Below are positions 17,486-30,938 of a stretch of DNA of 64,000 nt, piece by piece. A program made the translations under genes and the position numbers. The stretch comes from an uncultured Gammaproteobacteria bacterium (GTDB lineage Bacteria > Pseudomonadota > Gammaproteobacteria > UBA9214): assembly GCA_963748215.1 (NCBI GenBank), contig CAVVHS010000005.1, positions 128,001 to 192,000 of the forward strand. The letters run 5' to 3'. The number at the start of each line of letters is the position of its first letter. The first letter of the stretch is position 1. Below the pieces are notes generated by a model. It saw only the letters and a program-made list of their open reading frames with translations. It had not been told where the DNA came from and ran no database searches.

Positions 17486-18850
17486 ATGTCGACAACGAAT
17501 GAGGCAATGGATCAGGCACCGCCACCCGTCAATTTCCACACGGCACTGCTGTACTGGCTCAAGCTCGGCTTCATCAGTTTCGGCGGCCCCGCCGGCCAGA
17601 TTTCCATGATGCATACCGAACTGGTCGAGCGCCGGCGCTGGATCAGCGAACACCGCTTCCTGCATGCGCTGAACTACACCATGATGCTGCCGGGCCCCGA
17701 GGCACAGCAACTCGCGACCTACATCGGCTGGCTGATGCACGGCACCTGGGGTGGCATCATGGCCGGCGTACTGTTCGTGCTGCCGTCGCTGGTGATCCTG
17801 ATCGTGCTGACCTGGATCTACCTGGCCTTCGGCGATGTGCCGGTCGTGGCCGGCGTGCTCTACGGCATCAAGCCGGCGGTGACCGCCATCGTGGTATTCG
17901 CCGCCTGGCGCATCGGCTCGCGCGCCCTGCGCAACGGCGTGCTGTGGGCCATAGCCGCGGCCGCCTTCGTCGCCATCTTCGCCCTGCATGTGCCCTTCCC
18001 CTATATCGTGCTGGCGGCCGGCATCATCGGCATGCTCGGCGGACGCATCGCCCCCGAGTGGTTCCGCGCCGGCGGCGGCCACGGCGCCTCCGACAAGTCG
18101 TTCGGTCCCGCCCTCATCGATGACCATACCCCTGCGCCGCACTGGACCCGGTTCAGCTGGCGCTCAACGCTGATCCACCTGGTCATCGGACTGGGACTCT
18201 GGCTGCTCGTCGAGGGTCTGCTCTATTTCCTGTATGGCTGGCAGGGTCCGCTGACCCGAATGGGCTGGTTCTTCACCAAGGCGGCGCTGGTGACATTCGG
18301 CGGTGCCTATGCCGTGCTGCCCTATGTCTACCAGGGCGGTGTCGAGCAGTACGGATGGCTGAGCGGCACGCAGATGATCGACGGCCTGGCGCTGGGCGAG
18401 ACCACGCCGGGCCCGCTCATCATGGTGGTCGCCTTCGTCGGTTTCGTGGGTGGCTGGACCAAGGCGGTGTTCGGACCCGACAGCCTGCTGCTCGCCGGCA
18501 TGGCGGGCGCGACGGTCGCGACCTTCTTCACCTTCCTGCCTTCGTTCCTGTTCATCCTGGTCGGTGGTCCGGCCGTGGAGGCGACCCGCCATGATATCAA
18601 GTTCACCGCGCCGCTCACCGGCATCACCGCGGCCGTGGTCGGCGTGGTGCTCAACCTCGCCGTGTTCTTCGCCTGGCATGTGCTATGGCCCGAAGCCAGC
18701 ATGGACGCACCCTTCGCCGGGCACTTCGAGTGGTTCTCGCTGCTGATCACCGTCGCCGCCTTCCTTGCATTATGGCGCTACAAGGTCGGCATCATTCCGG
18801 TGATCGGCGCCTGCGCGGCCGTCGGCCTGGGCTACAGCCTGGTCAGCTGA
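17486..18850 (+). CDS. chrA: Chromate efflux transporter (CHR family, long chain); start approximate
   Basis: KLGFISFGGPAGQI, LPGPEAQQ, FGGAYAVL and ETTPGP motifs. Confidence 0.93.
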   Translation: MSTTNEAMDQAPPPVNFHTALLYWLKLGFISFGGPAGQISMMHTELVERRRWISEHRFLHALNYTMMLPGPEAQQLATYIGWLMHGTWGGIMAGVLFVLPSLVILIVLTWIYLAFGDVPVVAGVLYGIKPAVTAIVVFAAWRIGSRALRNGVLWAIAAAAFVAIFALHVPFPYIVLAAGIIGMLGGRIAPEWFRAGGGHGASDKSFGPALIDDHTPAPHWTRFSWRSTLIHLVIGLGLWLLVEGLLYFLYGWQGPLTRMGWFFTKAALVTFGGAYAVLPYVYQGGVEQYGWLSGTQMIDGLALGETTPGPLIMVVAFVGFVGGWTKAVFGPDSLLLAGMAGATVATFFTFLPSFLFILVGGPAVEATRHDIKFTAPLTGITAAVVGVVLNLAVFFAWHVLWPEASMDAPFAGHFEWFSLLITVAAFLALWRYKVGIIPVIGACAAVGLGYSLVS

Positions 18851-18951
18851 CAGGTTGCGGATGAGATGCGCACCTGCAGGGTCGGGTGGTGGTGTTTATC
18901 GCGGATGAGATCCGCTCCTGCGGACGATGCGGTTCGCGGGCTCACCGCATC

Positions 18952-21236
<2,285 letters not shown>

Positions 21237-21237
<1 letters not shown>

Positions 21238-22283
21238 CAGATTACCTCGTCCTCGGGCAGCGCCGGCATCAGCATTTCCTGCAGCGCCTCGACCTGTCCG
21301 GCAACGACCGCGTTGCTGCCGAAACGCGCCAGGTGGAACACTGCCTCGCCCTCGTGCACCAGCGGCAGGTGAGTATGCGCGATCAGAATGCCGCTGAACG
21401 GCGCCTGCACCTCGCAATCCCTGTCGATGAGCGGCGCGGCAATGACACCCAGGACGTCGCCCTTGCGCACGCGTGTACCCAGCGTGGCCTGCAGGCGCAG
21501 CACGCCGCTTTCCGGTGCGCGTACCCAGGACGAGCTGCGTGCCACCACCGGTTTGACGTCGTGAGCGTGCCGGCGTGACGCGGGTAACATGCCCAGGACA
21601 CGCATGACGTTTAACACGCCGCTCAGGCCGGCGCGAATCGAAACCTCGTGGAAGCGCAGCGCCTCACCGCCCTCGTAGAGCAGCATCGGAATACCTGCCT
21701 CCATGGCCGCCTCGCGCAGCGAGCCGTCGCGCAGGTCGGAGTTGAGCAGCACCGGCACACCGAATGCCCTGGCCAGTTCGAGGGTAGCCGGATCATCCAG
21801 GTTGGCGCGTATCTGCGGCAGGTTCTCGCGGTGTACCGCACCCGTATGCAGATCGATGCCGTGTGTGCAGTTGGCCACGATTTCGCGCATGAACAGGTCG
21901 GCGATGCGGCCGGCCAGCGAACCGCGGCTGCTGCCCGGAAAACTGCGATTCAGGTCGCGCCGGTCCGGCAGGTAGCGCGAGCGGTTCAGCAGGCCGTGCA
22001 CGTTGACCACCGGCACGGCGATCAGGGTGCCACGCAGCCGTTGCAGTGCCGAATGGCGCAGCAGGCGGCGAATGATTTCCACGCCGTTCAGTTCGTCGCC
22101 GTGAATGGCGGCGCTGATAAACAGGCGCGGTCCGCCCTTGCGGCCGTTGACCACCTCGATCGGCATGGTCAGGTTGTCGTAGGTATAGAGCCGTCCGATC
22201 GGCAGGTTGATCGTCATGCATGATCCCGGCGGCACGCTGCTGCCGCCGATTTTGATCCGGTTGCCGACGTCAGCCTTTGCCAC
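21237..22283 (-). CDS. Succinylglutamate desuccinylase/aspartoacylase (M14) family protein
   Basis: [26 protein letters not shown] and YEGGE motifs. Confidence 0.92.
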
Positions 22284-23175
22284 GGGTACGGGTCCGGTCG
22301 CGACGGGCGTTTTTCTCTATGAACTCCACGATCAGGCTGGCCACGTCCTTGCCGGTAGCCCGTTCGATGCCCTCCAGGCCGGGCGAGGAATTGACCTCCA
22401 TGACGACCGGCCCGTGATTGGAACGCAACAGGTCCACGCCGGCAACGTTCAATCCCATCGTGCGCGCGGCACGTACGGCCGTGGAGCGCTCCTCCGGGCT
22501 CAGCCTGACCACCGCCGCACTGGCGCCGTGGTGCAGGGTGGAACGGAAGTCGCCCTCCTTCGCCGTACGCATCATGGCAGCCACCACCTTTCCACCGATC
22601 ACGAAGGCGCGGATATTCGTACCGGCGGCCTCGCCGATGAATTCCTGCACCAGGAAGTTGGCGTTCAGCCCCCGAAACGCCTCGATCAGGCTTTCGGCCG
22701 CCTGGTGCGTCTCGGCCAGTACCACGCCCTTGCCCTCGGCGCCTTGCAGCAGTCTGACCACCAGCGGCGCGCCACCGACCAGCTTGATCAGGTCCTCGGT
22801 ATCATCCGGCGAGTCGGCGAAGCCGGTCTGCGGCAGGCCGATGCCGGCACGCGCCATAATCTGCAAGGAGCGCAGCTTGTCGCGCGAGCGCGTGATCGCA
22901 ACCGATTCGTTCAGTGGCCAGGTGCCCATCATCTCGAACTGGCGCAGCACCGCCTCACCGTAGAAGGTGATGGAAGCGCCGATGCGCGGAATCACGGCAT
23001 CGAAATCGCCCGCCTGCACGCCCTTGTAATGAATGCTTGGCCGCATCGAGGTGATATCCATATAGCACTTCAGCGTGTCGAATATCTCGACCTCGTGATC
23101 GCGCTCCCGCGCCGCCTCGACCAGGCGGCGGGTGGAATAGAGCCTTCTATTTCGTGACAGGATGGCAATCTTCAA
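22270..23175 (-). CDS. rimK: Ribosomal protein S6 L-glutamate ligase (ATP-grasp)
   Basis: [34 protein letters not shown] and [13 protein letters not shown]; TTG start. Confidence 0.95.
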   Translation of the reverse strand: MKIAILSRNRRLYSTRRLVEAARERDHEVEIFDTLKCYMDITSMRPSIHYKGVQAGDFDAVIPRIGASITFYGEAVLRQFEMMGTWPLNESVAITRSRDKLRSLQIMARAGIGLPQTGFADSPDDTEDLIKLVGGAPLVVRLLQGAEGKGVVLAETHQAAESLIEAFRGLNANFLVQEFIGEAAGTNIRAFVIGGKVVAAMMRTAKEGDFRSTLHHGASAAVVRLSPEERSTAVRAARTMGLNVAGVDLLRSNHGPVVMEVNSSPGLEGIERATGKDVASLIVEFIEKNARRDRTRTRGKG

Positions 23176-23651
23176 TCATCTTCTCCGATTATCACGGGGT
23201 CTGACGGACGCGGACGCCCGACCAGGTAGGCGGACGCCGGGTCGACCAGGAAGCGCCCGCGCATGGCGGTGCGTCCCAGCAACATGCGGAAGCGCATGGT
23301 ATCGCGGTTGGTCAGTGTCAGTTCGATCGGCCATTGTGCATCGCCGATACACACTGTGGCTTCGATCACGTAACGCAATTCGCGGTGACCGCCGGAGTCT
23401 GTCACCTCGCGCTGGTCGAGCACCAGCGCCTCGCATTCGACAACCCTGTCCTCGCGTCCCTGCAGTGGGTGGATACCGAAGCGCACCCGGGACTCGCCAC
23501 CGCGCTCGAAGGGTTCGATATAGAACGCATGCAGCGCGGAGCTCCGCGCACCGGTATCGATCTTCGCCTTGATGCGCTTGATACCCAGCACGGGCAGACC
23601 GACCCACTCGCGCCAGCCGATGGTGATCAGGGGTGTATCAGCGGTGTTCAT
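23172..23651 (-). CDS. RimK-associated retropepsin-like protease (DUF785/RimB-like)
   Basis: [22 protein letters not shown] and [11 protein letters not shown]. Confidence 0.92.
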   Translation of the reverse strand: MNTADTPLITIGWREWVGLPVLGIKRIKAKIDTGARSSALHAFYIEPFERGGESRVRFGIHPLQGREDRVVECEALVLDQREVTDSGGHRELRYVIEATVCIGDAQWPIELTLTNRDTMRFRMLLGRTAMRGRFLVDPASAYLVGRPRPSDPVIIGEDD

Positions 23652-23694
23652 GAATTTGCGCCATGGCAACGCCTGTCCTGTAGAGTCATGTCGC

Positions 23695-24672
23695 TTAGAA
23701 CCAGTCCCGGCTGCGGAAATAGACCCACAGCCCGACACCCATGACCAGCAGGAGCGCGACCACGGTCGTGAAAGCCAGCGGATTCTCCGTTCCCGGAATG
23801 CCGCCGACATTGATCCCGAGCAGGCCGGTAGCGAATGACAGCGGCAGGAAGATCGCGGCCACGATCGACAGCAGGAACATGCGCTGGTTGGTCTGTTCGG
23901 CCATCAGGCTCGCCAGTGACTCCTGAGCCACCGCGGCGCGTTCGCGCGCGGCATCGAGGTCCTCGACAATGCGGGTCAACCGGTCGTAATGTTCGCGCAA
24001 CTGCAGCCGGTTCTGTTCATTGAGGATCTGCGTGTGTTCCGCGGTCAGCCGGTTCAGCGCCTCGCGCTGCGGGGCGAGGAAGCGGCGCAGCGCAATCGCC
24101 TGGCGGCGCATCTCCGCCAGCTGTCTGCGCTGTTGCGGAATGGAAGTCGGCTGGTCGGCCGTCTCGAGGTCGTCGATGTGACCGTAGATCACCTCCACCA
24201 CGGTATCGACCCGGTCCAGCAGGCCGTCAACGAACAGGCTCAGGAACTCGCCGGGGCTGGCAGGTCCCTTGCCGGCCGCCAGCGCCGTGCGCAGATCGTC
24301 GACCGATACCAGGCGGCGATGGCGCAGCGTGATCACGCGCCGCTCGTCCAGCCACAGGCGCGCGCTGACCATGTCGTCAGGCTCGGCGCCCGGGTTCAGG
24401 TTAACGGCACGCAGGAAAACCATCAGGCCGCTGTCGGCCGGTACCACGCGCGGCCGCGTCTCCGTCTGCGAGAGCGCTTCGACGGTCAGGTCGGACAGCC
24501 CGCTATGCTCGTGCAGCCAGACCTGCACCTGCGAACTGGAGTAATCGAAGTGGAGCCACAGCCAGTCGTTGCCGGATGGCCGGTAGAGACCCACTTCATC
24601 CCAGCCGACCTGGCGACCGCCACCCTCGCCGTCCAGTATCCAGGCACAGATTAATCCGTTGCTTGCGTTCAT
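23695..24672 (-). CDS. zntB: CorA-family zinc transporter ZntB
   Basis: [26 protein letters not shown] and [13 protein letters not shown] (GIN motif). Confidence 0.9.
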   Translation of the reverse strand: MNASNGLICAWILDGEGGGRQVGWDEVGLYRPSGNDWLWLHFDYSSSQVQVWLHEHSGLSDLTVEALSQTETRPRVVPADSGLMVFLRAVNLNPGAEPDDMVSARLWLDERRVITLRHRRLVSVDDLRTALAAGKGPASPGEFLSLFVDGLLDRVDTVVEVIYGHIDDLETADQPTSIPQQRRQLAEMRRQAIALRRFLAPQREALNRLTAEHTQILNEQNRLQLREHYDRLTRIVEDLDAARERAAVAQESLASLMAEQTNQRMFLLSIVAAIFLPLSFATGLLGINVGGIPGTENPLAFTTVVALLLVMGVGLWVYFRSRDWF

Positions 24673-24747
24673 CCCGACATAATCCCGATGCTAGCCGGTG
24701 ATTGTAGCGACAATCACCGTCGAAAACATCCGGCGAAATCGGGTACG

Positions 24748-24784
24748 AAAAGAAAAAACCCGCGACCTGTGCTGCGGGGTTGTT
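24748..24784 (-). terminator. Probable intrinsic terminator (minus strand)
   Basis: AAAAGAAAAAACCCGCG...TGCGGGGTT gives a GC stem followed by a U-tract on the minus strand. Confidence 0.45.
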
Positions 24785-25061
24785 ACTGTGTGCCGGCCGG
24801 CGTGACCGGCGGTGCGATCAGTATTTGACCGGCCGATTGTCGGGAAACCCTGGCCGCATCGTGACAGGTCGCGCAGCTGACCTTGCCGGCGGCACCAGGT
24901 TGGGTATCATGATACCGCTTGTCCCCGGGTTTGACCCTGGCCGCGGTCTGCGGGATATCAGCCGGCACCGGTACGGGCGGCAAACCCAGCGGCGCCGCAA
25001 CCGCAGCCGTCCACGCAACCTGTAATACAATAGATCTTAGCCAAACCAGTGGTCGTTGCAT
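24783..25061 (-). pseudogene. Truncated di-haem cytochrome c peroxidase (CCP/MauG family) N-terminus
   Basis: Signal-like start, LGLPPVPVPAD.PQT, degenerate GDKRYHDT and VSCATCHD (first CxxCH), then terminates at 92 aa. Confidence 0.75.
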
Positions 25062-25193
25062 GCCCCCGCCCTGCTATCCCGATGCCACAAAAAAGAGGTG
25101 TACAATCCTGCCGGCATTGTCAGACATCCCGGGCACCTATCACCCGACACCGGCCGCCATTCATATAGCCAGCTTATTGTTCTATAATTTGCG

Positions 25194-25208
25194 ATTGTCA
25201 ATCGCTAT
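25194..25208. promoter_or_regulatory. Possible OxyR/LysR operator half-site
   Basis: ATTG-N7-CTAT (T-N11-A) just upstream of oxyR; further ATAG (25165) and CTAT (25182) tetramers with imperfect spacing. Confidence 0.35.
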
Positions 25209-25228
25209 CAAGATCCGGAGACGGACGG

Positions 25229-26173
25229 ATGACCCTGACCGAACTGCGCTATATCGTTGCCGTCGCACGCGAACGTCACTTCGGTCGCGCCGCCAGGGCG
25301 TGCTTCGTCAGCCAGCCGACGCTGAGCATTGCCATCAAGAAACTGGAAGAAGAGCTGGGCGTCCAGCTGTTCGAGCGCCAGGCCAGCGAAATCACCGTGA
25401 CACCGGTCGGCGAACAGATCGTCGCACAGGCCCAGCGCACGCTGGAGGCTGCCGAGACCATCAGGCAGGTCGCGCAGCAGGGCAAGGACCAGCTGGCCGG
25501 CCCGCTCCGCATCGGTGCCATCTACACCATTGGCCCGTACCTGTTTCCCGATTTGATCCCGCGCCTGCGCAAGCTGGCGCCAAACATGCCGCTGGTCATT
25601 GAGGAGAATTACACAGCAGTGCTGGCGGAGAAGCTCAAACGCGGCGAGCTGGATGTGATTTTCCTGGCATTGCCTTTCCAGGATCCGGGACTGGTGACAC
25701 TGCCGCTGTACGATGAGCCGTTCGTGGTACTGATGCCGTCCGCGCACCCATTGACACTACGCAAGACCATTAAGTCAGCGCATCTTGAAGACGAGAATGT
25801 CCTGCTGCTCGGCGAGGGGCACTGCTTTCGCGACCAGGTGCTGGAGGCCTGCCCGGCCTGCATCCCGAAGCCGGGTCTGGTGGGCGGGCTGGCCAACAGC
25901 ATCGTCGGCAGTTCGCTGGAAACCATCCGTCACATGGTGGTCTCGGGGCTGGGCATCACCGTGCTGCCGTGCACCGCGGCCGGCGCGGATCGCTACAGCC
26001 AGCGGCTGCTGGCCATCCGCCGCTTTGCCAGCCCGGTGCCGGCCCGCACCGTGGCGCTGGCCTGGCGCATCTCCTTCCCGCGCCCGAAGGTTATCGACGT
26101 GCTCAGCGAGGCCGTAGCCGACTGCAACATGAGCTGTGTAAAACCGGTACGCAACAAGCGAGGCAGCCGGTGA
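25229..26173 (+). CDS. oxyR: Hydrogen peroxide-inducible LysR regulator
   Basis: MTLTELRYIVAVARERHFGRAA..CFVSQPTLS, LLLGEGHCFRDQVLEACP and GSSLETIRHMV. Confidence 0.93.
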   Translation: MTLTELRYIVAVARERHFGRAARACFVSQPTLSIAIKKLEEELGVQLFERQASEITVTPVGEQIVAQAQRTLEAAETIRQVAQQGKDQLAGPLRIGAIYTIGPYLFPDLIPRLRKLAPNMPLVIEENYTAVLAEKLKRGELDVIFLALPFQDPGLVTLPLYDEPFVVLMPSAHPLTLRKTIKSAHLEDENVLLLGEGHCFRDQVLEACPACIPKPGLVGGLANSIVGSSLETIRHMVVSGLGITVLPCTAAGADRYSQRLLAIRRFASPVPARTVALAWRISFPRPKVIDVLSEAVADCNMSCVKPVRNKRGSR

Positions 26174-26367
26174 ACGAAAATGCAAGCCTCAGGCACCAGA
26201 CAAATCTCGTGGCGCACCCGAACCTGCAGACACACGGCAATCAATAACGGGAAGGTGTGGAGCTGTAAACCACGAAGCATCAAACGCCAAAAACAGGGAG
26301 TCCAGCGCCTGTTCGGCCGGAAGCAGCATATACAACTACAAAAATGGGGACAGCCTCACCGCATGTA

Positions 26368-29300
26368 TCAGGACACTTTCCGGCGTCTGGCTATGAATAC
26401 CAGCCCCAGCAGGCCTGACCCGAACAGCAGAGCACTCGGTGGTATCGGGACCACTGAAGAAACGGTACCCTGAAATAACTGCCCGCCCAGCTCAACCATG
26501 AACTGCGTCCCCAGCGCAACACCCGAGCCGGCGGCGGCAAACCCGCGAATCCCTCCGAAATCTTCCGCAATGTTGAGTGTTCCCTGAATGACAAGGAATT
26601 CCAGCAATTCATCCGGTGTTGGGGTGAAGCCCAGGATGACGTCGACGAAACCGCTGTTAAATGTAACATCACCACTGACAAACAGCTGATCTGTATCAAG
26701 CAGGCTGTTGGCCTCGAACTCAAGAATGCCGCTGTCCTGTACCAGGCTACCTTCGACAGTCATACTGCCAACCCCGCTGCCCGGCGCCAAGATGCCCCCC
26801 TCCAGCAGCAGACTGCCCACCGCTGTGCCATTGCCGGAGAGCCGGGCGCTGCCCCGTACATGGATTGAACTGCTACTGGTTTCCAGTCGTGCTGCACTGT
26901 CCGCCAGTTCCAGTTCGCCTACCTCAAGTAGCAGCTCATCACCACGCAGTGTATTGGTGAGCAGTAATCTACCGCCACCGATTTTCCACAGGTCCTCGAA
27001 GTTAACGTACTGATCGCCGTCGATCGTATAACTGTAGTTCGTTGGAACGAAGAAAATAAGTTCGTCCCGTTCAGCACCGCCGTCCACCATGCCCACAATC
27101 CGGCTCGCGTCATCAACCAACAGCCGGTCCGGCCCACCGGCCAGGTCGATACCACCCTCCACATAGTTCTGATTCACGATGCTGTCACTTCCGGAACCGC
27201 CCTGGATGCCGACGCCATCTGCGATGACCTCACCGCCATTCACGAACATGTTTCCGATCCCGGCGAGTTGTACGCCGATTGCACCAGCCCCACGGGCCAT
27301 GATCCGGGTATTGTCCGCCTGACCGGAGAAGATCTGGGCAATCCGGTTACCGGTGCCAGAGACCGACAGGCCGATCGCACCCGGACCCGTTACCGAGATA
27401 TCGGCTACCGGTATGATCGTGCCGGAGGGCACATCGCGGCTGAACTCGTTGGAATAGAGCTGGGCATTCGGAAACAGATTCAGGCCGAACACATCCTGCA
27501 GATCTGTCGGATATTCGAACGGTGCGGTTGGAATCCTGACCTGGCCATTGCCGTGGAGTATCACGTTGCTCTCACCTATGATTTCCATACCCACGACATT
27601 CAAACCACTAACCGTGATGCGGTCTACATTGGTGATCAAATTGTTTCTGTCGCCGATGCCCCCGGTAGCACTTATAACCCGGATACCGCGCGCGGCATCG
27701 CCGCTCCCCTCTATGAGGCCTTGATTTTCGACGGTCGTATTGGCAACGCCCTCAGCAACCATTCCTGCCCCGAATGCGCTATTTGAAAAATCGATACTTC
27801 CGCAATTCACCAGCTTGCCGGTACCGTCGCCGATCACGGTGCAGGCCGGTGCCGGACCGCCAGCGGTTGCAGAGCCCCACACATCCGAGGTCGACAACGA
27901 CATGCCCGTAGCACCTAGCCCATCGACAGTGATCGAGCCGGAACTCGTGACCTGGAAAACTGACGCGATACCGGTGAGGACGGAAATAGCGCGCGCATTC
28001 TCGGAGCTCGAAACCTGAATCCGGCCTTCGTTGACCACCGCCGCGGCGTTGGAGCCGACGTCGATGCCGGCAGCACCATAGCCGGTGACACTGATTTGTG
28101 CACTGCGGTTACCAGCGTCGCCATTGGCGACGGCGACATTATCCCCGCGGACGAACAGGCCGGCGCCGTCATTGCTGTTGATGGTGATGATTCCCGTGTT
28201 CAGGACGTTGTTGACGGAGCCATTGATATCTATACCGTGATTGCCTGACGACACCACGCCCTGTCCTCCAGTGATAGTCCCCGCACTCTCGAATTGGCCA
28301 TTGTTCCCGAACGCGACAATGCCATAGGAATTATTACCCTGCGTAGTGATATTGCCTTCACTCAGAACCTCGGCAAAATCGCCGGTGATGAGAATACCGT
28401 CCGCATTTTCTCCCATCGTGAGTACGGTTGCAGCCGTCGCGCCACCACTGGTGTTTACCCGGGCCCGATCGCCCGCCACGTAAATGCCTTTTGCGCCTAA
28501 CTGCGAAGTCGTGATGCTGCCGGTTTCGACGTTATCTCCGACGTTGATGACGGCGTCATTGCCATCGACATATACACCATGCGCCTCTATACCCGCGGTG
28601 CTCAGTTCACCCGCATTCCTGATGTTGGCGTCGCTGCCGGTGATGCTGATACCATGAGCCGCCACACCCGTCGTAGAGAGTTCACCGGTGTTTGTGACCG
28701 GCAGGTTGTCGGCGAAGGCGTGTATGGCATCGGCCTCGTCCCCTTCAGTCGTGATAAGACCCGTATTATTGATAACACTATCAATGGCAGGTTGCAGGGC
28801 CGGCGCCGGAATATCGATCCCCGGTGGAGGATCCTGCAGTCCCAGTGCGATACCGTGGGCCCGCGCGCCGGTGGTCCAGATCCGGTTCCTGACACCCGTC
28901 ACGATCTCTGTATCGAGATTGTCGACTGTATGTCCCGGACCGAGGGCCAGGATGCCCATCGCATCGTTACCGATCGTCGTGATGGTGCCGGTGTTCTCGA
29001 TGCTTTCGCTATAGAACCCGAGCATCACCATGCCCGCCGCGAACGCACCCTGCGTACCGATAGTTCCGCTATTATTAATCGTACCGGCGTCACCTTCGAT
29101 CACGAGGCCGGCGGACTGGTCCGCCGAAGTCTGTATCTCGCCCTCATTCAGCTCCCGTGCATCATCACCCTCGAGCACGACGGCGCTGGACTGGAATCCG
29201 TCTGTAGTGATCACACCCTCATTCAGGACGCTGACAAAGTCACCTTCCATAAAGACCGCAGTCGAGGTGTCTCCGCTAGTGCTGATGTCGTCCTCGTTCG

Positions 29301-30387
29301 TAACTTCATTACCATCACCGCCAAAAAATACCGCCTCGGAGTTTTCGCCGGCGGATCGCACAGTGCCCTGGTTGAGGAGCGCGTTATCATTGCCGAGGAT
29401 GCCAAAGGTTTCGGTATCGTCCGCGTTGGTCTCAACGGTGGCACCGGGAGTGACCACGATTTCAAGTCCGTTCAGGACTCCCGACAGATCGCCGGGATCG
29501 TTGCCGTAGCTGCGAAATCCACTGGGGTCGATGGCCTGGCAGGTTACTGTGGACCCGTCTGTGACCGAGGGTGTACCACTCGTTGTCAGGATCGACGGAT
29601 CAGGCAGGCAGCCATCCGTGAACGGTGTCACTGTCTGAAAATCGCCCGCGAAGCCAATATCGGGTGTCACTGCCAGGGTATATAGATCCACCGCACGCTC
29701 GGTACGCCCCAGAAACTCGACCGTGAAGTCCGGATCGATGGCGAAGACCGGTGTCGAGGCCGATGCACTGGCACTGGGAACCTCGTTAGTAATGCCGCCA
29801 GCTGAAGCACTGGCGGATATTTCAATTCTGAGGAAGTCATTCGCCAGGACTGACAGGCTCGAATCGATGGCGATGGTGCCTGCATTAACCTGTTCCTGTA
29901 CCAGCGTCGCACCTGCTCCAATTACCAGCTCTGCAAGCCCAAACTCGGTTGCCGACAGGGAACTGGTATACAGAAGCGGTATGCCGATATTGTCCGGGGC
30001 GTCCGGGTGCAGCTTGATCAGACGTGCCTCGAAGGTGATGTCGGTATTTGCGAAAACCCCCAGACCCGGTTCATTGGCAATTGCTGATGCCAGTGTCAGG
30101 GCAGGCGTCTGACCGGAACCGACGGTATTCGATGCTGATCCAGTTGTTGCACCAAAGGCAACCTGTATATTCTCTGCCAGAAATTGGCTTGTTCCCGTTG
30201 CGAAGTCTAAAACGTCAGTACCAGCCCGGATAGTCGCGCTCTCGTTATAGACGATTAGTCCACCGAGCAGCGGTATGTAAGCACTGTTCGCCGCATGAAG
30301 TGGAATTAGGGTGAGAACCAGAACATAAACGGCGACGCGGAGCACTTCCATTGCGGAATTCATACGATCTCCCGGGGATTGAGCCAT
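26368..30387 (-). CDS. Large surface protein with beta-helix-like repeats and a VPLPA/PEP-CTERM sorting signal
   Basis: Signal peptide; many N.G.I.T.G...A.GI repeats; G.LAPG.G.G.MTV.G motif; ends VPIPPSALLFGSGLLGLVFIARRRKVS; no beta-barrel. Confidence 0.88.
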   Translation of the reverse strand: MAQSPGDRMNSAMEVLRVAVYVLVLTLIPLHAANSAYIPLLGGLIVYNESATIRAGTDVLDFATGTSQFLAENIQVAFGATTGSASNTVGSGQTPALTLASAIANEPGLGVFANTDITFEARLIKLHPDAPDNIGIPLLYTSSLSATEFGLAELVIGAGATLVQEQVNAGTIAIDSSLSVLANDFLRIEISASASAGGITNEVPSASASASTPVFAIDPDFTVEFLGRTERAVDLYTLAVTPDIGFAGDFQTVTPFTDGCLPDPSILTTSGTPSVTDGSTVTCQAIDPSGFRSYGNDPGDLSGVLNGLEIVVTPGATVETNADDTETFGILGNDNALLNQGTVRSAGENSEAVFFGGDGNEVTNEDDISTSGDTSTAVFMEGDFVSVLNEGVITTDGFQSSAVVLEGDDARELNEGEIQTSADQSAGLVIEGDAGTINNSGTIGTQGAFAAGMVMLGFYSESIENTGTITTIGNDAMGILALGPGHTVDNLDTEIVTGVRNRIWTTGARAHGIALGLQDPPPGIDIPAPALQPAIDSVINNTGLITTEGDEADAIHAFADNLPVTNTGELSTTGVAAHGISITGSDANIRNAGELSTAGIEAHGVYVDGNDAVINVGDNVETGSITTSQLGAKGIYVAGDRARVNTSGGATAATVLTMGENADGILITGDFAEVLSEGNITTQGNNSYGIVAFGNNGQFESAGTITGGQGVVSSGNHGIDINGSVNNVLNTGIITINSNDGAGLFVRGDNVAVANGDAGNRSAQISVTGYGAAGIDVGSNAAAVVNEGRIQVSSSENARAISVLTGIASVFQVTSSGSITVDGLGATGMSLSTSDVWGSATAGGPAPACTVIGDGTGKLVNCGSIDFSNSAFGAGMVAEGVANTTVENQGLIEGSGDAARGIRVISATGGIGDRNNLITNVDRITVSGLNVVGMEIIGESNVILHGNGQVRIPTAPFEYPTDLQDVFGLNLFPNAQLYSNEFSRDVPSGTIIPVADISVTGPGAIGLSVSGTGNRIAQIFSGQADNTRIMARGAGAIGVQLAGIGNMFVNGGEVIADGVGIQGGSGSDSIVNQNYVEGGIDLAGGPDRLLVDDASRIVGMVDGGAERDELIFFVPTNYSYTIDGDQYVNFEDLWKIGGGRLLLTNTLRGDELLLEVGELELADSAARLETSSSSIHVRGSARLSGNGTAVGSLLLEGGILAPGSGVGSMTVEGSLVQDSGILEFEANSLLDTDQLFVSGDVTFNSGFVDVILGFTPTPDELLEFLVIQGTLNIAEDFGGIRGFAAAGSGVALGTQFMVELGGQLFQGTVSSVVPIPPSALLFGSGLLGLVFIARRRKVS

Positions 30388-30938
30388 GATTTATCTTATT
30401 GATTATGATGCTAGCAATGTCATATCGGATAGCAATGACATCTATCAAATATTCTGCAATATATAAAGGAAATATAATCCCTCTTGTCATCCGCCGGATC
30501 CACCTCCTTGCGCTCGTCCACGCCACTGTCGTCGCAGCCGCAGGTAATATTACCGGGCGGGCTGGCTCACTTGAACAGCCCCGTCGGAGGTGGCGCCCGG
30601 CACGGCGGCCGCCGGGAAGCTTCTGGGGCAGGCCCATTTCACATGGGGTGGCTGAGGATCTCATTAATGACCACTGGACCTTCGATGCAGGTACCACCAT
30701 CGCCGTACAACTACAGGTACGGCGCATCTCCAGCAATCACGTGTATATTCTCAGGGCTGCATACTCTGCACCCCTCGCGCTTACGCTGATTGCCAGCCCT
30801 CAGGCCGTTATCATTCCGCTAACGTACGATTTTGTTATTTTTACAGACTTTCAATTCAGGTCGCCAAACTTACGGAAAGGGTCGATTCCTGCCAGCTGGC
30901 GAAATCTTATATAAACGCCTCGTGCAGAACCCGCCGCC

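Noticed and set aside
30400-30930. ORFs upstream of the large surface protein
   Set aside because: No coherent frame; a VVINEI-like peptide flanked by stops is too weak to call.
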